From positions 1 to 26,260 of IMG/VR virus record IMGVR_UViG_3300005805_000413: a stretch of 26,260 nt of DNA; one strand, given 5' to 3'. Below the pieces are notes generated by a model that saw nothing but the letters and a program-made list of their open reading frames with translations, had not been told where the DNA came from and made no database searches. Positions 9,587 to 17,495 of this stretch are shown in pieces; the stretch's first letter is position 1; every line of letters begins with the position of its first letter. The position numbers and the translations under genes are program-made. This stretch comes from a virus (lineage: Duplodnaviria > Caudoviricetes).

Positions 9587-9769
9587 ATGCAAGACGAGTA
9601 CCTCTCACGCTGCGTTGTGGATCCTATCAAGCGTACAGTGTATCTGTATTCTAGTGAAGGGTCAGAAAAGCAAGTGACCTGTGAGACCGTGGATGAGTTT
9701 ATGAACGTGCTAGAGTTTGTTCGTGCTACAGTGGGTGAAGAAACTCTCTCATACGCAAATCCACTTTAA
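9587..9769 (+). CDS. Small hypothetical early protein (60 aa)
   Basis: First ORF after the early promoter; protein-like composition; more G/C-ending codons than its neighbours. Confidence 0.75.
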   Translation: MQDEYLSRCVVDPIKRTVYLYSSEGSEKQVTCETVDEFMNVLEFVRATVGEETLSYANPL

Positions 9770-9832
9770 GTTTCATTTTTCGGGGGAAAAAATCCCGGCA
9801 AAAATTTACCCCTATTACTTTTTTGAAAAAGT

Positions 9833-10036
9833 ATGGTTTATAAAATTTCATACAAAGACCTCAAAGAGGAACCAGTCAAGACCACTCCAGAGAATGTAAA
9901 AGAGGCAAATGAAGCACTCTTTTCTGCAAAGTGGAATCTACCTAAAGCAGCAAAGCACTGTGGAATGTCACAAAAAGAAATGAAGTTGACTTTCTGGGAG
10001 TATATCAAGTATAATCCTACTACTTACCAAGCGTAA
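9833..10036 (+). CDS. Small hypothetical protein (67 aa), possibly HTH-like
   Basis: Co-oriented ORF; NLPKAAKHCGMSQKEMK resembles a helix-turn-helix. Confidence 0.7.
   Translation: MVYKISYKDLKEEPVKTTPENVKEANEALFSAKWNLPKAAKHCGMSQKEMKLTFWEYIKYNPTTYQA
9986..10015 (+). promoter_or_regulatory. Sigma70-type promoter upstream of tRNA-Leu, inside the 67-aa ORF
   Basis: TTGACT (9986-9991), 18-nt spacer, TATAAT (10010-10015); tRNA starts at 10044. Confidence 0.65.
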
Positions 10037-10043
10037 GTTTTTT

Positions 10044-10128
10044 GGGAGCGTGGCGGAATCGGTAGACGCACCGGACTTAAAATCCGTTGGGAGTAAATCC
10101 TGTGGGGGTTCAAGTCCCCCCGCTCCTA
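10044..10128 (+). tRNA. trnL: tRNA-Leu(UAA), intron-less, no encoded CCA
   Basis: Acceptor GGGAGCG/CGCTCCT; D-arm GGCGGAATCGGTAGACGC; anticodon loop CT-TAA-AA (TAA 10078-10080); long variable arm; T-loop GTTCAAGTC; discriminator A. Confidence 0.95.
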
Positions 10129-10136
10129 TCACTCCA

Positions 10137-10142
10137 TAAATA
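10137..10142 (+). promoter_or_regulatory. Late promoter TAAATA
   Basis: CATAAATA between tRNA-Leu and the ATG at 10164. Confidence 0.6.
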
Positions 10143-10163
10143 ATCCAAGTATGGGGTAAACCC

Positions 10164-10433
10164 ATGAAATACAGAATTGATGCCAGATATGTTTGGTACA
10201 ATCGTGGAACTCAAATTGTTCTCATGTATTTCATAAATCAAATTCCATTTACTTTTGATGATGTTCCAGATGATGGTCTTTATGATCTAAGTTTGATTGA
10301 AATAGCAGATGGCGAAAGAAGATTTGAACCAGAAGATCTCTATCAAGCATCATATTACTTAATGCTTGAAGAATGTCATCCTCTCATGTTTGAATTGGAT
10401 CTGGAAAATCCAGAAATGCTGCCTGTTGATTAA
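10164..10433 (+). CDS. Acidic hypothetical protein (89 aa)
   Basis: ORF fills the space between the two tRNAs and is preceded by a late promoter and a GGGG SD-like tract. Confidence 0.75.
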   Translation: MKYRIDARYVWYNRGTQIVLMYFINQIPFTFDDVPDDGLYDLSLIEIADGERRFEPEDLYQASYYLMLEECHPLMFELDLENPEMLPVD

Positions 10434-10434
10434 T

Positions 10435-10506
10435 GCCCTTGTAGCTCAGTGGTAGAGCGCGGCTTTTGTAAAGCCGATGTCGCTGGTTCAAATCCAGTCG
10501 GGGGCT
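10435..10506 (+). tRNA. trnT: tRNA-Thr(UGU), no encoded CCA
   Basis: Acceptor GCCCTTG/CGGGGGC; D-arm GCTCAGTGGTAGAGC; anticodon stem CGGCT/AGCCG with loop TT-TGT-AA (TGT 10467-10469); T-loop GGTTCAAATCC. Confidence 0.95.
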
Positions 10507-10524
10507 TGAGTTTACAAAACTCCA

Positions 10525-10728
10525 ATGTCACTCATTTCACAAAAAGATAGAGAACTCGCAATAACTGCTATTTCTCATTATGTTGACTTTTTGAAAAGCG
10601 AAATTGAATTTTTTGAAGCTGAAAATCTTTTAGATGACCCAGAATACCTTGATTATGCCTCAGAATTGCCAGAAGTTCATGCTCTTCTCAACTGGATCCG
10701 ATTGGAGCATTTCAAACATGAAAATTAA
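10525..10728 (+). CDS. Hypothetical helical protein (67 aa)
   Basis: Co-oriented ORF, tightly packed after tRNA-Thr. Confidence 0.7.
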   Translation: MSLISQKDRELAITAISHYVDFLKSEIEFFEAENLLDDPEYLDYASELPEVHALLNWIRLEHFKHEN

Positions 10729-10891
10729 TCTCTGGTACTGTAAAGATATGAAGCAGTGGCGTTGGGTTCTTACTGACGATTCACGTCCTATTGTAAAACA
10801 AGAGTCTGGTCAACAACCATTTCTTCGTGATGCTATGAACGATGTAGCAAATACGGTAGAATACATGATGGAATGCAAGCAATCTGAATGA
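10718..10891 (+). CDS. Hypothetical protein (57 aa, MKINLWYCKDMKQWRWVL...), weakly YegP/DUF1508-like
   Basis: Start moved from 10634 to the ATG at 10718, leaving only an 11-nt overlap; ATGA overlap with the next gene. Confidence 0.65.
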   Translation: MKINLWYCKDMKQWRWVLTDDSRPIVKQESGQQPFLRDAMNDVANTVEYMMECKQSE

Positions 10892-11496
10892 AGTCCGACT
10901 TTTATATTGATAAAGTCTCCAAAAAACAAGCAGAAGACCTTTTACTTCAATATCATTATCTAAAGGACATCTCCAAATCCTTCAAAAGTGGTTATAATTA
11001 TGGATTGTTTAAACACAATGACTTCTCCCCACTGAATATTGGTGGTGTTTTGGGAGTATGTATTTTTACTGGATTACCTGTACCTGAAATTGCGAAAGGG
11101 GCATTTGAACTTGAAAGACACGAACAACAAGGACTCTTTGAACTCTCAAGACTTTGCATTGAACCTAGCACGCAGTCATGCGAATATAACATCACTTCTT
11201 GGTTTGTGTCACAGGCGATTAGACAATTTCGCAGAGATACTGAAGTTAAAGCAATCCTTTCTTATGCTGATTCAGATTACCATTCTGGTACAATTTATCG
11301 TGCTTGTAACTTTAAATATTACGGTCTCACAGACCCTAAAAAAGATTTCTATTATTCAGACGGAACTAAACACTCTCGTGGAAAAGTAAAGGGTGAAGAA
11401 GGAGAATGGAAAGAACGTAGTCGCAAGCATAGATACTTGATGTTGTTTGACAAAGATCTTAAAAAACGCTTGACATGGGAAGAAGTAAAGTGGTAA
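10888..11496 (+). CDS. mom: Mom-like GNAT-fold DNA modification protein (202 aa)
   Basis: HYL...GVCIF...ELSRLC...SWFVSQAIR...ILSYAD...H.GTIYRACNF.Y.G...KHRY matches motifs of the phage Mu Mom family. Confidence 0.8.
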   Translation: MKSDFYIDKVSKKQAEDLLLQYHYLKDISKSFKSGYNYGLFKHNDFSPLNIGGVLGVCIFTGLPVPEIAKGAFELERHEQQGLFELSRLCIEPSTQSCEYNITSWFVSQAIRQFRRDTEVKAILSYADSDYHSGTIYRACNFKYYGLTDPKKDFYYSDGTKHSRGKVKGEEGEWKERSRKHRYLMLFDKDLKKRLTWEEVKW

Positions 11497-11499
11497 AAT
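11470..11499 (+). promoter_or_regulatory. Sigma70-type promoter in the last codons of the mom-like gene
   Basis: TTGACA (11470-11475), 18-nt spacer, TAAAAT (11494-11499), extended TG at 11491-11492. Confidence 0.75.
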
Positions 11500-11504
11500 A
11501 AGAT

Positions 11505-11554
11505 GGTGTGAAGGAAGTGCGAAAGAGGAGGTCTAAATAGATCTCCTCTTTTTT
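11505..11554 (+). ncRNA. Candidate ~50-nt small RNA with a Yfr1-complementary 5' region
   Basis: Bounded by a near-consensus promoter and an intrinsic terminator; no ORF inside; 5' GGTGTGAAGGAAGTG. Confidence 0.55.
11522..11554 (+). terminator. Intrinsic terminator closing the early island
   Basis: AAAGAGGAGGTCT-AAAT-AGATCTCCTCTTT: 13-bp stem with one G-U pair, running into T6 (11549-11554). Confidence 0.85.
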
Positions 11555-11567
11555 CGTATGATAAATA
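11534..11567 (+). promoter_or_regulatory. Two late promoters (TAAATA at 11534-11539 and 11562-11567)
   Basis: CTAAATA across the terminator loop and ATAAATA downstream of it, both before the ATG at 11599. Confidence 0.65.
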
Positions 11568-11598
11568 ATCCATAACGGAAACTATAAGCATTAATAAG

Positions 11599-14500
11599 AT
11601 GGGTCTCTCCAGATTAGATAATTTTCTGAAATCAATTCGTGGAACAATCCTCTACGTTAATCCGAATGATTTAGATGCAACGGATAGTATTGACAATCAA
11701 GGAAACTCTTTAACACGTCCATTTAAGACGATTCAAAGAGCTCTTGTTGAGGCATCAAGATTTTCATATCAAAGAGGTCTCAATAATGATAGATTTAACA
11801 AGACCACGATTCTTTTATATCCTGGAGATCATATAGTAGATAACCGTCCAGGGTGGATTCCTGATGGTGCCAATAATTTTAGACTTAGAAATGGTTTAAA
11901 TTCTAGTAATTTTTCTGCGTGGGATTCTGATACTAATTTCAACGTAGAATCTGAAGATAATGCTCTCTATAAGTTAAATTCTATTCACGGTGGAGTTATT
12001 GTTCCAAGGGGAACTTCCATCGTTGGTTTAGATTTACGTAAGACAAAAATAAGACCAAAATACGTACCAAATCCAACAAATGATAATATTGAAAAATCAA
12101 CTATCTTTAGAGTAACTGGAGGATGTTATTTTTGGCAGTTTTCACTGTTTGATGCTGATCCAAACGGATTCTGCTATACTGACTATACCTCAAATACTTT
12201 CGTTCCTAATTTCTCTCATCACAAATTAACTTGTTTTGAGTATGCGGATGGTGTTAATGACGTATCAATTAAAGATGAGTTTTATCCAGCTGGATTAAAA
12301 TATGATCGCACAGATCTGGATATGTATTATGAAAAAGTTGGACTGTGCTATGGAACTTCTAGTGGACGTGCTATTGAACCAGACTACCCATCTACTGGTG
12401 TTGATATTCAACCAAAGATTGATGAATATCGTATTGTTGGATCCACTGGACTTTCTGTAGGTATTAGCAGTATTCGTGCTGGAGATGGTGTAACAGCAAC
12501 GACTACCATAACTGTAACTACTCTTACTACAGTTCCTGGACTTGATGTTGATACTCCTTTCAGAATTGAGGGGGTTTCTGCGGCAGGATACAACGGACAG
12601 TTTGTTGTATATGAAAGAACTAGTGATACTCAAATAGTTTATCAAACACAAACTACACCAACTAACGCACTCCCCTCTGTGACTGGAGCTACGTTATCTC
12701 TAAACTCTGATACTGTAACATCTGCTTCGCCTTACATTTTTAATATATCTCTACGTTCTGTTTATGGAATGTGTGGTATTCTTGCTGATGGTGCAAAGGC
12801 TGATGGATTTAAATCCATGGTTGTTGCCCAATTTACTGGAATCGGATTACAAAAAGATGATAATGCTTTTGTTCTTTACAACAGTTCAACCGGTGCTTAT
12901 GAAGACTCCACTGTTGCTGGTAATGAAACAATAAGTACAAATTCAAGGTCACTATTTAAACCAGAATATAAAAATTTCCACATTAAAGCAGTAAATGATG
13001 CGTTCATTCAAAACGTGTCTATTTTTGCTATTGGTTATGCTGAACAGTTTGTTGTTGAAAGTGGTGGTGACATGTCAGTCACCAACTCAAACTCAAATTT
13101 TGGTGCAAAAGCACTTGTTGCTGATGGATTCAGAACAAATGCGTTTTCTCAAGATGACTTGGGTTATATAACTCACATTATTCCACCAAAAGAAATTCCT
13201 GTTGGCGAAAAGACAATTGAATTTAACGCAATAGACGTAAACAAGACTGTAGGAGTTGCTTCTACAGGACACCTTTATCTGTATGCACAAACCAATATAG
13301 ATTTTCCTCCAGAAAATGTTATTGATGGATATCGTTTTGGTGCTAAAGAAAATGATACCCTGAATGTTTTAATTTCGGCTGGATCCACAACATCTGAGTA
13401 TAGTTCAAGAGTTGTGATGCCAAATTCTCAAAGTAGTTCTGAGAAATCTTTTAATGTTGTTTCCAGATCATCAAATACTCTAACCTTTGGTTCAGTCCAT
13501 ACTTTCATTAATGGCGAATCAATTAGAATTTTAAGTGCTGATGGAAGTCTTCCTGATGGAATTCTTCCCAATAAAGTTTACTATGCTATTGCTGGAGCTA
13601 CTGGCATTGGTAGCACTCAAATCAAAGTAGCTCAGACACAAACAGATGCCTTAGCATATAGTACTTCAAATCTTACCAACATTTCCTTCAATACAAGAGG
13701 CGGTGCTCTAAAGGTTGTTTCTAGAGTATCCGATAAAAACTCTGGAGATATTGGTCACCCAGTTCAATATGACCCAACAAATAGTCAGTGGTATGTAAAA
13801 GTATCCACTTCTGCGACTGACAATACAATTTATTCTACTATAGTTGGTTTTGGATCAACCTCTCTTGGAGACGCAACATCAAGAACTTATATTAAACGTG
13901 TGCCCGATGACAGAAGTGGTTCTGATGTCATTTATCGTGTAAGGTATGTAATTCCTGCTCAGAGTGGTGGATCTTACGCAAGACCTCCAAGTGATGGATT
14001 TATTATTCAAGAATCTAATACATCTATAGGAGCAACCACTTCAGAAATTCAAAGTTATTTTGGTAATGATGGAACAGTAATAACAAATGAGAACCAATTA
14101 AGAAATCCTAGATTCATTGCTAACGCAACATGGTCTGGTGGAGTTGCAAATGTCGTTACTGAGTTACCTCACAATCTATCTGTCGGATCTCAAGTTCAAA
14201 TTGTTAATATACTAAGTGTTAACAATCCTACTGGTGTTGGAAATTCTGGATTTAATGGAGTTTATTCGGTAAGTGGAATTTCTAGTGCAAAGCAGTTTAG
14301 CGTTGGAATTACTACAGATCCTGGAGTTTTCTTAAATAACACCGCTATTAGAGATACATCCCTCCCATACTTTAAGAGAAAGAGATACTCCAATACTTAC
14401 TATGCTTATAGAACACAAGAAGTTCAACCCTATATTTCTGGACAACAGGACGGAATTTATTATCTAACGGTTGTCAATTCTTCTAATTCTCCTACGGTTG

Positions 14501-17481
14501 CTCCATTTACCGCAGAAAAATATTCACAACCGGTAAAAGAACTTTATCCTCAATCAAATAGAGACAATCCACTATCAGATCCTAGAGAAACAATTTCTTA
14601 TGCTAGCGCATCTCCTGTTGGAGAAGTTATAGTCAATGACGTAAGAAACAGTCTTACTAGAGAAACCATTACAAAGATCTTAAAAGATACTGACGTTGGT
14701 GTTGGTATTACTAATATTGTTTCAACATCAACAACGTCTCATGTAATTCATACTTCTATTGATCATGGATTCAATAGAATTATGAAAGTAGGTGTTACCA
14801 GCACTGGATCTGCTTATGGTGTTGGATCTGGAAGCACTGAAACGTACTACAATGCGAGACTTGTTGGATTTGCTGGGTCTATCACAGGACAAAATGCAAC
14901 AGCAAAAGTTACTGTCAGCCCAACAGGAAACATCTCCGAAATTCATATTATGGATGGAGGAAGTGCGTATGGCATTGGAAACACTCTTTCAGTTGTCGGA
15001 ATTGCTACAACAACCGGTCATGTTCCTGGTTATGTAACAGTATCTAAAATTTATAATAATGTTGGAGATTCTGTTAGAGTATCTGGCGTATCCTCAGATA
15101 CCACTCAAGTTTATAATACTCTTTATAGAGTAACAAATGTCTCTGTTGGATTTGCTAAGACCTTCTCAGTAATTTCACAATCTGCGATAGGCATTGCTAC
15201 GACTTCTGGTGTTGTGTCATCAGTTCTTGCCAATTCTATTGTTTACTCTACTGGAGAATCATTAAGAGTTATCTCTTTAGTCTATGATAATGTAAGTGGA
15301 ATAGCAACAATTACCACGTCAAATAATCATGGACTAAAAGTAAATAATAAGATTCGTATAGCAGGTGCAGATCAAAATCTTTATAATGGATCATTTGTAA
15401 TCAATCAAAACATATCATTAACCTCATTCTCTGTTGTGATTGGTGTTTCTACAACAGCACCAGTCGCTACTGGAACAATCTATGTCTATCGTGAAGGTGT
15501 GACTTCTAACGGTGGATTTATTACTGTTGAAGATGAAAATATTAGTGGAAGAATGGTCCACCAATATGCTGGAATTACTACCACTTTGGGATCCTTAGTT
15601 CCTGATGCAATAACTGATCAACTTTATGTAACTAATATTGAAAATCTTGATATTAAGATTGGAGATTATCTTCAAATTGATGAGGAGATTGTCAGGGTAA
15701 AACAAAAAGTTCCTGTAAACATTCCTCCAGGTGATCCAATTTATGTTTTCAGGGGAGCAGTTGGAACAAAAGCTTCTTCACACATTAATAGCAGTGTTGT
15801 AAGAAAAATACAAGTTAATCCAGTTGAACTTAGAAGACACTCAATTATTCGTGCTTCTGCTCATACTTTTGAATATGTTGGATTTGGTCCAGGAAACTAT
15901 TCAACAGCACTACCTGAAAAACAAGACAGACAAATTAGTGAGCAAGAAGAACTACTTGGACAATCTACCAGAAGAGAAGCTGGAATAAACTTCTATACTG
16001 GTATGAATGATAAAGGTATTTCATACTCTGGTAATAAGAAGTTAAGTACAGTTACGGGACAAGAAGAAATTTTTGATACTCCTATTCAAACTGTTACTGG
16101 TGAAGATATTGGAAACCGTAAAGGAATTAATGTTCTTAATCCTTTAGAAGTTATTGCTACTCGTTCAATTCAAGTTGAAGGTGATTCTGATGGCAAAGCA
16201 ACTTCTCAATTTAATGGACCCGTTATCTTTACTAATAAGATAACTTCAACTTCAGAAAAAGGTGTTGAGGCAAGTTCTCTATATCTTCAAGGAAATGCAA
16301 CTGTATCTAGAAAATATACAGTTGGAGTCTCTGTACCAACACTTTCAGGAAACCCAGGTGATATTGTTTACTATACAGACCCATCTGAAGGTGATCATGT
16401 TGGTTGGATTTATACAATTGAAAATTCTTGGAAGAGATTTGGTCCTATTAGTTTGAATTCAAATTCAAATACATACACGTTTGACTCTGTTGGTATTGCG
16501 ACCACGACTCCTGGAGATCTTAAGTTTAAAGTTGGATCTGGATCTTCTCAATTCTCAATTGATTCTATTGGAGTTGGTATTGGCACAACTTCAAGTGGGT
16601 ATGATTTAAATGTAAATGGAACCACAAATCTTTCTGGTGCGGTTTCTATTGGTGGATCGGTAACTACTTCTAATATTTTCTATGGTGATGGAAGTGGTTT
16701 AAGTAACTTAAATGCTTCCGCTCTTGGTTGGACTGTAGTGAGTAATGGAATTCATAATACAACACCCACCACAAAAAATGTTGGTATTGGAACAACAAAT
16801 CCAACCGCAGCTAAGTTGATTGTTGGTGCAGTTGGAGCAACGGGTCAAAGTTTAATTGTAAATGGTAGATCATATTTTGTTGGTATTGTTACGGTTAGTG
16901 GAGCAACAGACGTTCTTGGTAGATTTACTTCTACAAATTTCAGACTTGACAATCCAACCTTAAGTGGTGTTATTCGTTGCGGAGTTCTTACAACTGCTAT
17001 TCTTTCAGTTGGTGCTGCGGGCACAGTATTTAATACTTTTGGTAATAATGCTGGTGTTGGAACACAGATTCCAAGAGCAAAACTTGATATTGAGGGGCAC
17101 AGTAGAATTAAAACTTTTGCTCAACCTCTCATATCTGCATCAAGTGCCTCTAATGTTGTAACTCTTAATCTTTCTAATGGATCATTCTTTGAACATACTC
17201 TAGTTCAAAATGTCACTTCCTTTGTATTAACTCAAACTCCAACTGGAGCTCCTGTTTACACATTCACTTTGAAAATTACTCAAGGAAGCACAGGAAACTT
17301 TACAGCAAATCTAGATAACTTCTTAAACGCAACAGGAACCGCAATTCCAATTTATTGGCCAGCAGGTGGTGTTATTCCAATTGTTACTCCAATCGCAGAA
17401 AGAACTGATATTTACTCCTTCACTTCTTATGATGAAGGACTGAGTTACTATGCGGTTGTTGTTGGACAGAACTTCACTTAA
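11599..17481 (+). CDS. Large virion structural/tail fibre protein (1960 aa)
   Basis: LYV....D.....G.S..RPFKTIQRA N-terminus typical of beta-helix virion proteins; T..HGL..G..I.I.G...YNG repeats; VGIGTT.P repeats; C-terminal L.NG.FF...WP....P...RTDIYSF domain. Confidence 0.75.
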   Translation: MGLSRLDNFLKSIRGTILYVNPNDLDATDSIDNQGNSLTRPFKTIQRALVEASRFSYQRGLNNDRFNKTTILLYPGDHIVDNRPGWIPDGANNFRLRNGLNSSNFSAWDSDTNFNVESEDNALYKLNSIHGGVIVPRGTSIVGLDLRKTKIRPKYVPNPTNDNIEKSTIFRVTGGCYFWQFSLFDADPNGFCYTDYTSNTFVPNFSHHKLTCFEYADGVNDVSIKDEFYPAGLKYDRTDLDMYYEKVGLCYGTSSGRAIEPDYPSTGVDIQPKIDEYRIVGSTGLSVGISSIRAGDGVTATTTITVTTLTTVPGLDVDTPFRIEGVSAAGYNGQFVVYERTSDTQIVYQTQTTPTNALPSVTGATLSLNSDTVTSASPYIFNISLRSVYGMCGILADGAKADGFKSMVVAQFTGIGLQKDDNAFVLYNSSTGAYEDSTVAGNETISTNSRSLFKPEYKNFHIKAVNDAFIQNVSIFAIGYAEQFVVESGGDMSVTNSNSNFGAKALVADGFRTNAFSQDDLGYITHIIPPKEIPVGEKTIEFNAIDVNKTVGVASTGHLYLYAQTNIDFPPENVIDGYRFGAKENDTLNVLISAGSTTSEYSSRVVMPNSQSSSEKSFNVVSRSSNTLTFGSVHTFINGESIRILSADGSLPDGILPNKVYYAIAGATGIGSTQIKVAQTQTDALAYSTSNLTNISFNTRGGALKVVSRVSDKNSGDIGHPVQYDPTNSQWYVKVSTSATDNTIYSTIVGFGSTSLGDATSRTYIKRVPDDRSGSDVIYRVRYVIPAQSGGSYARPPSDGFIIQESNTSIGATTSEIQSYFGNDGTVITNENQLRNPRFIANATWSGGVANVVTELPHNLSVGSQVQIVNILSVNNPTGVGNSGFNGVYSVSGISSAKQFSVGITTDPGVFLNNTAIRDTSLPYFKRKRYSNTYYAYRTQEVQPYISGQQDGIYYLTVVNSSNSPTVAPFTAEKYSQPVKELYPQSNRDNPLSDPRETISYASASPVGEVIVNDVRNSLTRETITKILKDTDVGVGITNIVSTSTTSHVIHTSIDHGFNRIMKVGVTSTGSAYGVGSGSTETYYNARLVGFAGSITGQNATAKVTVSPTGNISEIHIMDGGSAYGIGNTLSVVGIATTTGHVPGYVTVSKIYNNVGDSVRVSGVSSDTTQVYNTLYRVTNVSVGFAKTFSVISQSAIGIATTSGVVSSVLANSIVYSTGESLRVISLVYDNVSGIATITTSNNHGLKVNNKIRIAGADQNLYNGSFVINQNISLTSFSVVIGVSTTAPVATGTIYVYREGVTSNGGFITVEDENISGRMVHQYAGITTTLGSLVPDAITDQLYVTNIENLDIKIGDYLQIDEEIVRVKQKVPVNIPPGDPIYVFRGAVGTKASSHINSSVVRKIQVNPVELRRHSIIRASAHTFEYVGFGPGNYSTALPEKQDRQISEQEELLGQSTRREAGINFYTGMNDKGISYSGNKKLSTVTGQEEIFDTPIQTVTGEDIGNRKGINVLNPLEVIATRSIQVEGDSDGKATSQFNGPVIFTNKITSTSEKGVEASSLYLQGNATVSRKYTVGVSVPTLSGNPGDIVYYTDPSEGDHVGWIYTIENSWKRFGPISLNSNSNTYTFDSVGIATTTPGDLKFKVGSGSSQFSIDSIGVGIGTTSSGYDLNVNGTTNLSGAVSIGGSVTTSNIFYGDGSGLSNLNASALGWTVVSNGIHNTTPTTKNVGIGTTNPTAAKLIVGAVGATGQSLIVNGRSYFVGIVTVSGATDVLGRFTSTNFRLDNPTLSGVIRCGVLTTAILSVGAAGTVFNTFGNNAGVGTQIPRAKLDIEGHSRIKTFAQPLISASSASNVVTLNLSNGSFFEHTLVQNVTSFVLTQTPTGAPVYTFTLKITQGSTGNFTANLDNFLNATGTAIPIYWPAGGVIPIVTPIAERTDIYSFTSYDEGLSYYAVVVGQNFT

Positions 17482-17495
17482 TTTGGAGATAAGTC

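Noticed and set aside
10044-10128. Group I intron in tRNA-Leu(UAA), as in many cyanobacteria
   Set aside because: The anticodon loop is contiguous; there is no insertion.
10634-10717. Longer start for the 10634..10891 ORF
   Set aside because: It would overlap the 67-aa gene by 95 nt; the ATG at 10718 gives normal packing.
10718-10891. Com-like translational activator of mom
   Set aside because: Only two distant cysteines; no paired CxxC zinc finger.
11503-11511. Minigene ATG-GTG-TGA
   Set aside because: The ATG lies only 3 nt after the -10 box, probably upstream of the start site, and has no SD.
11500-11555. Minus-strand Yfr1 mimic (ACTTCCTTCACAC)
   Set aside because: Promoter and T-tract point to the plus strand; no minus-strand promoter or downstream terminator seen. 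Not fully excluded.
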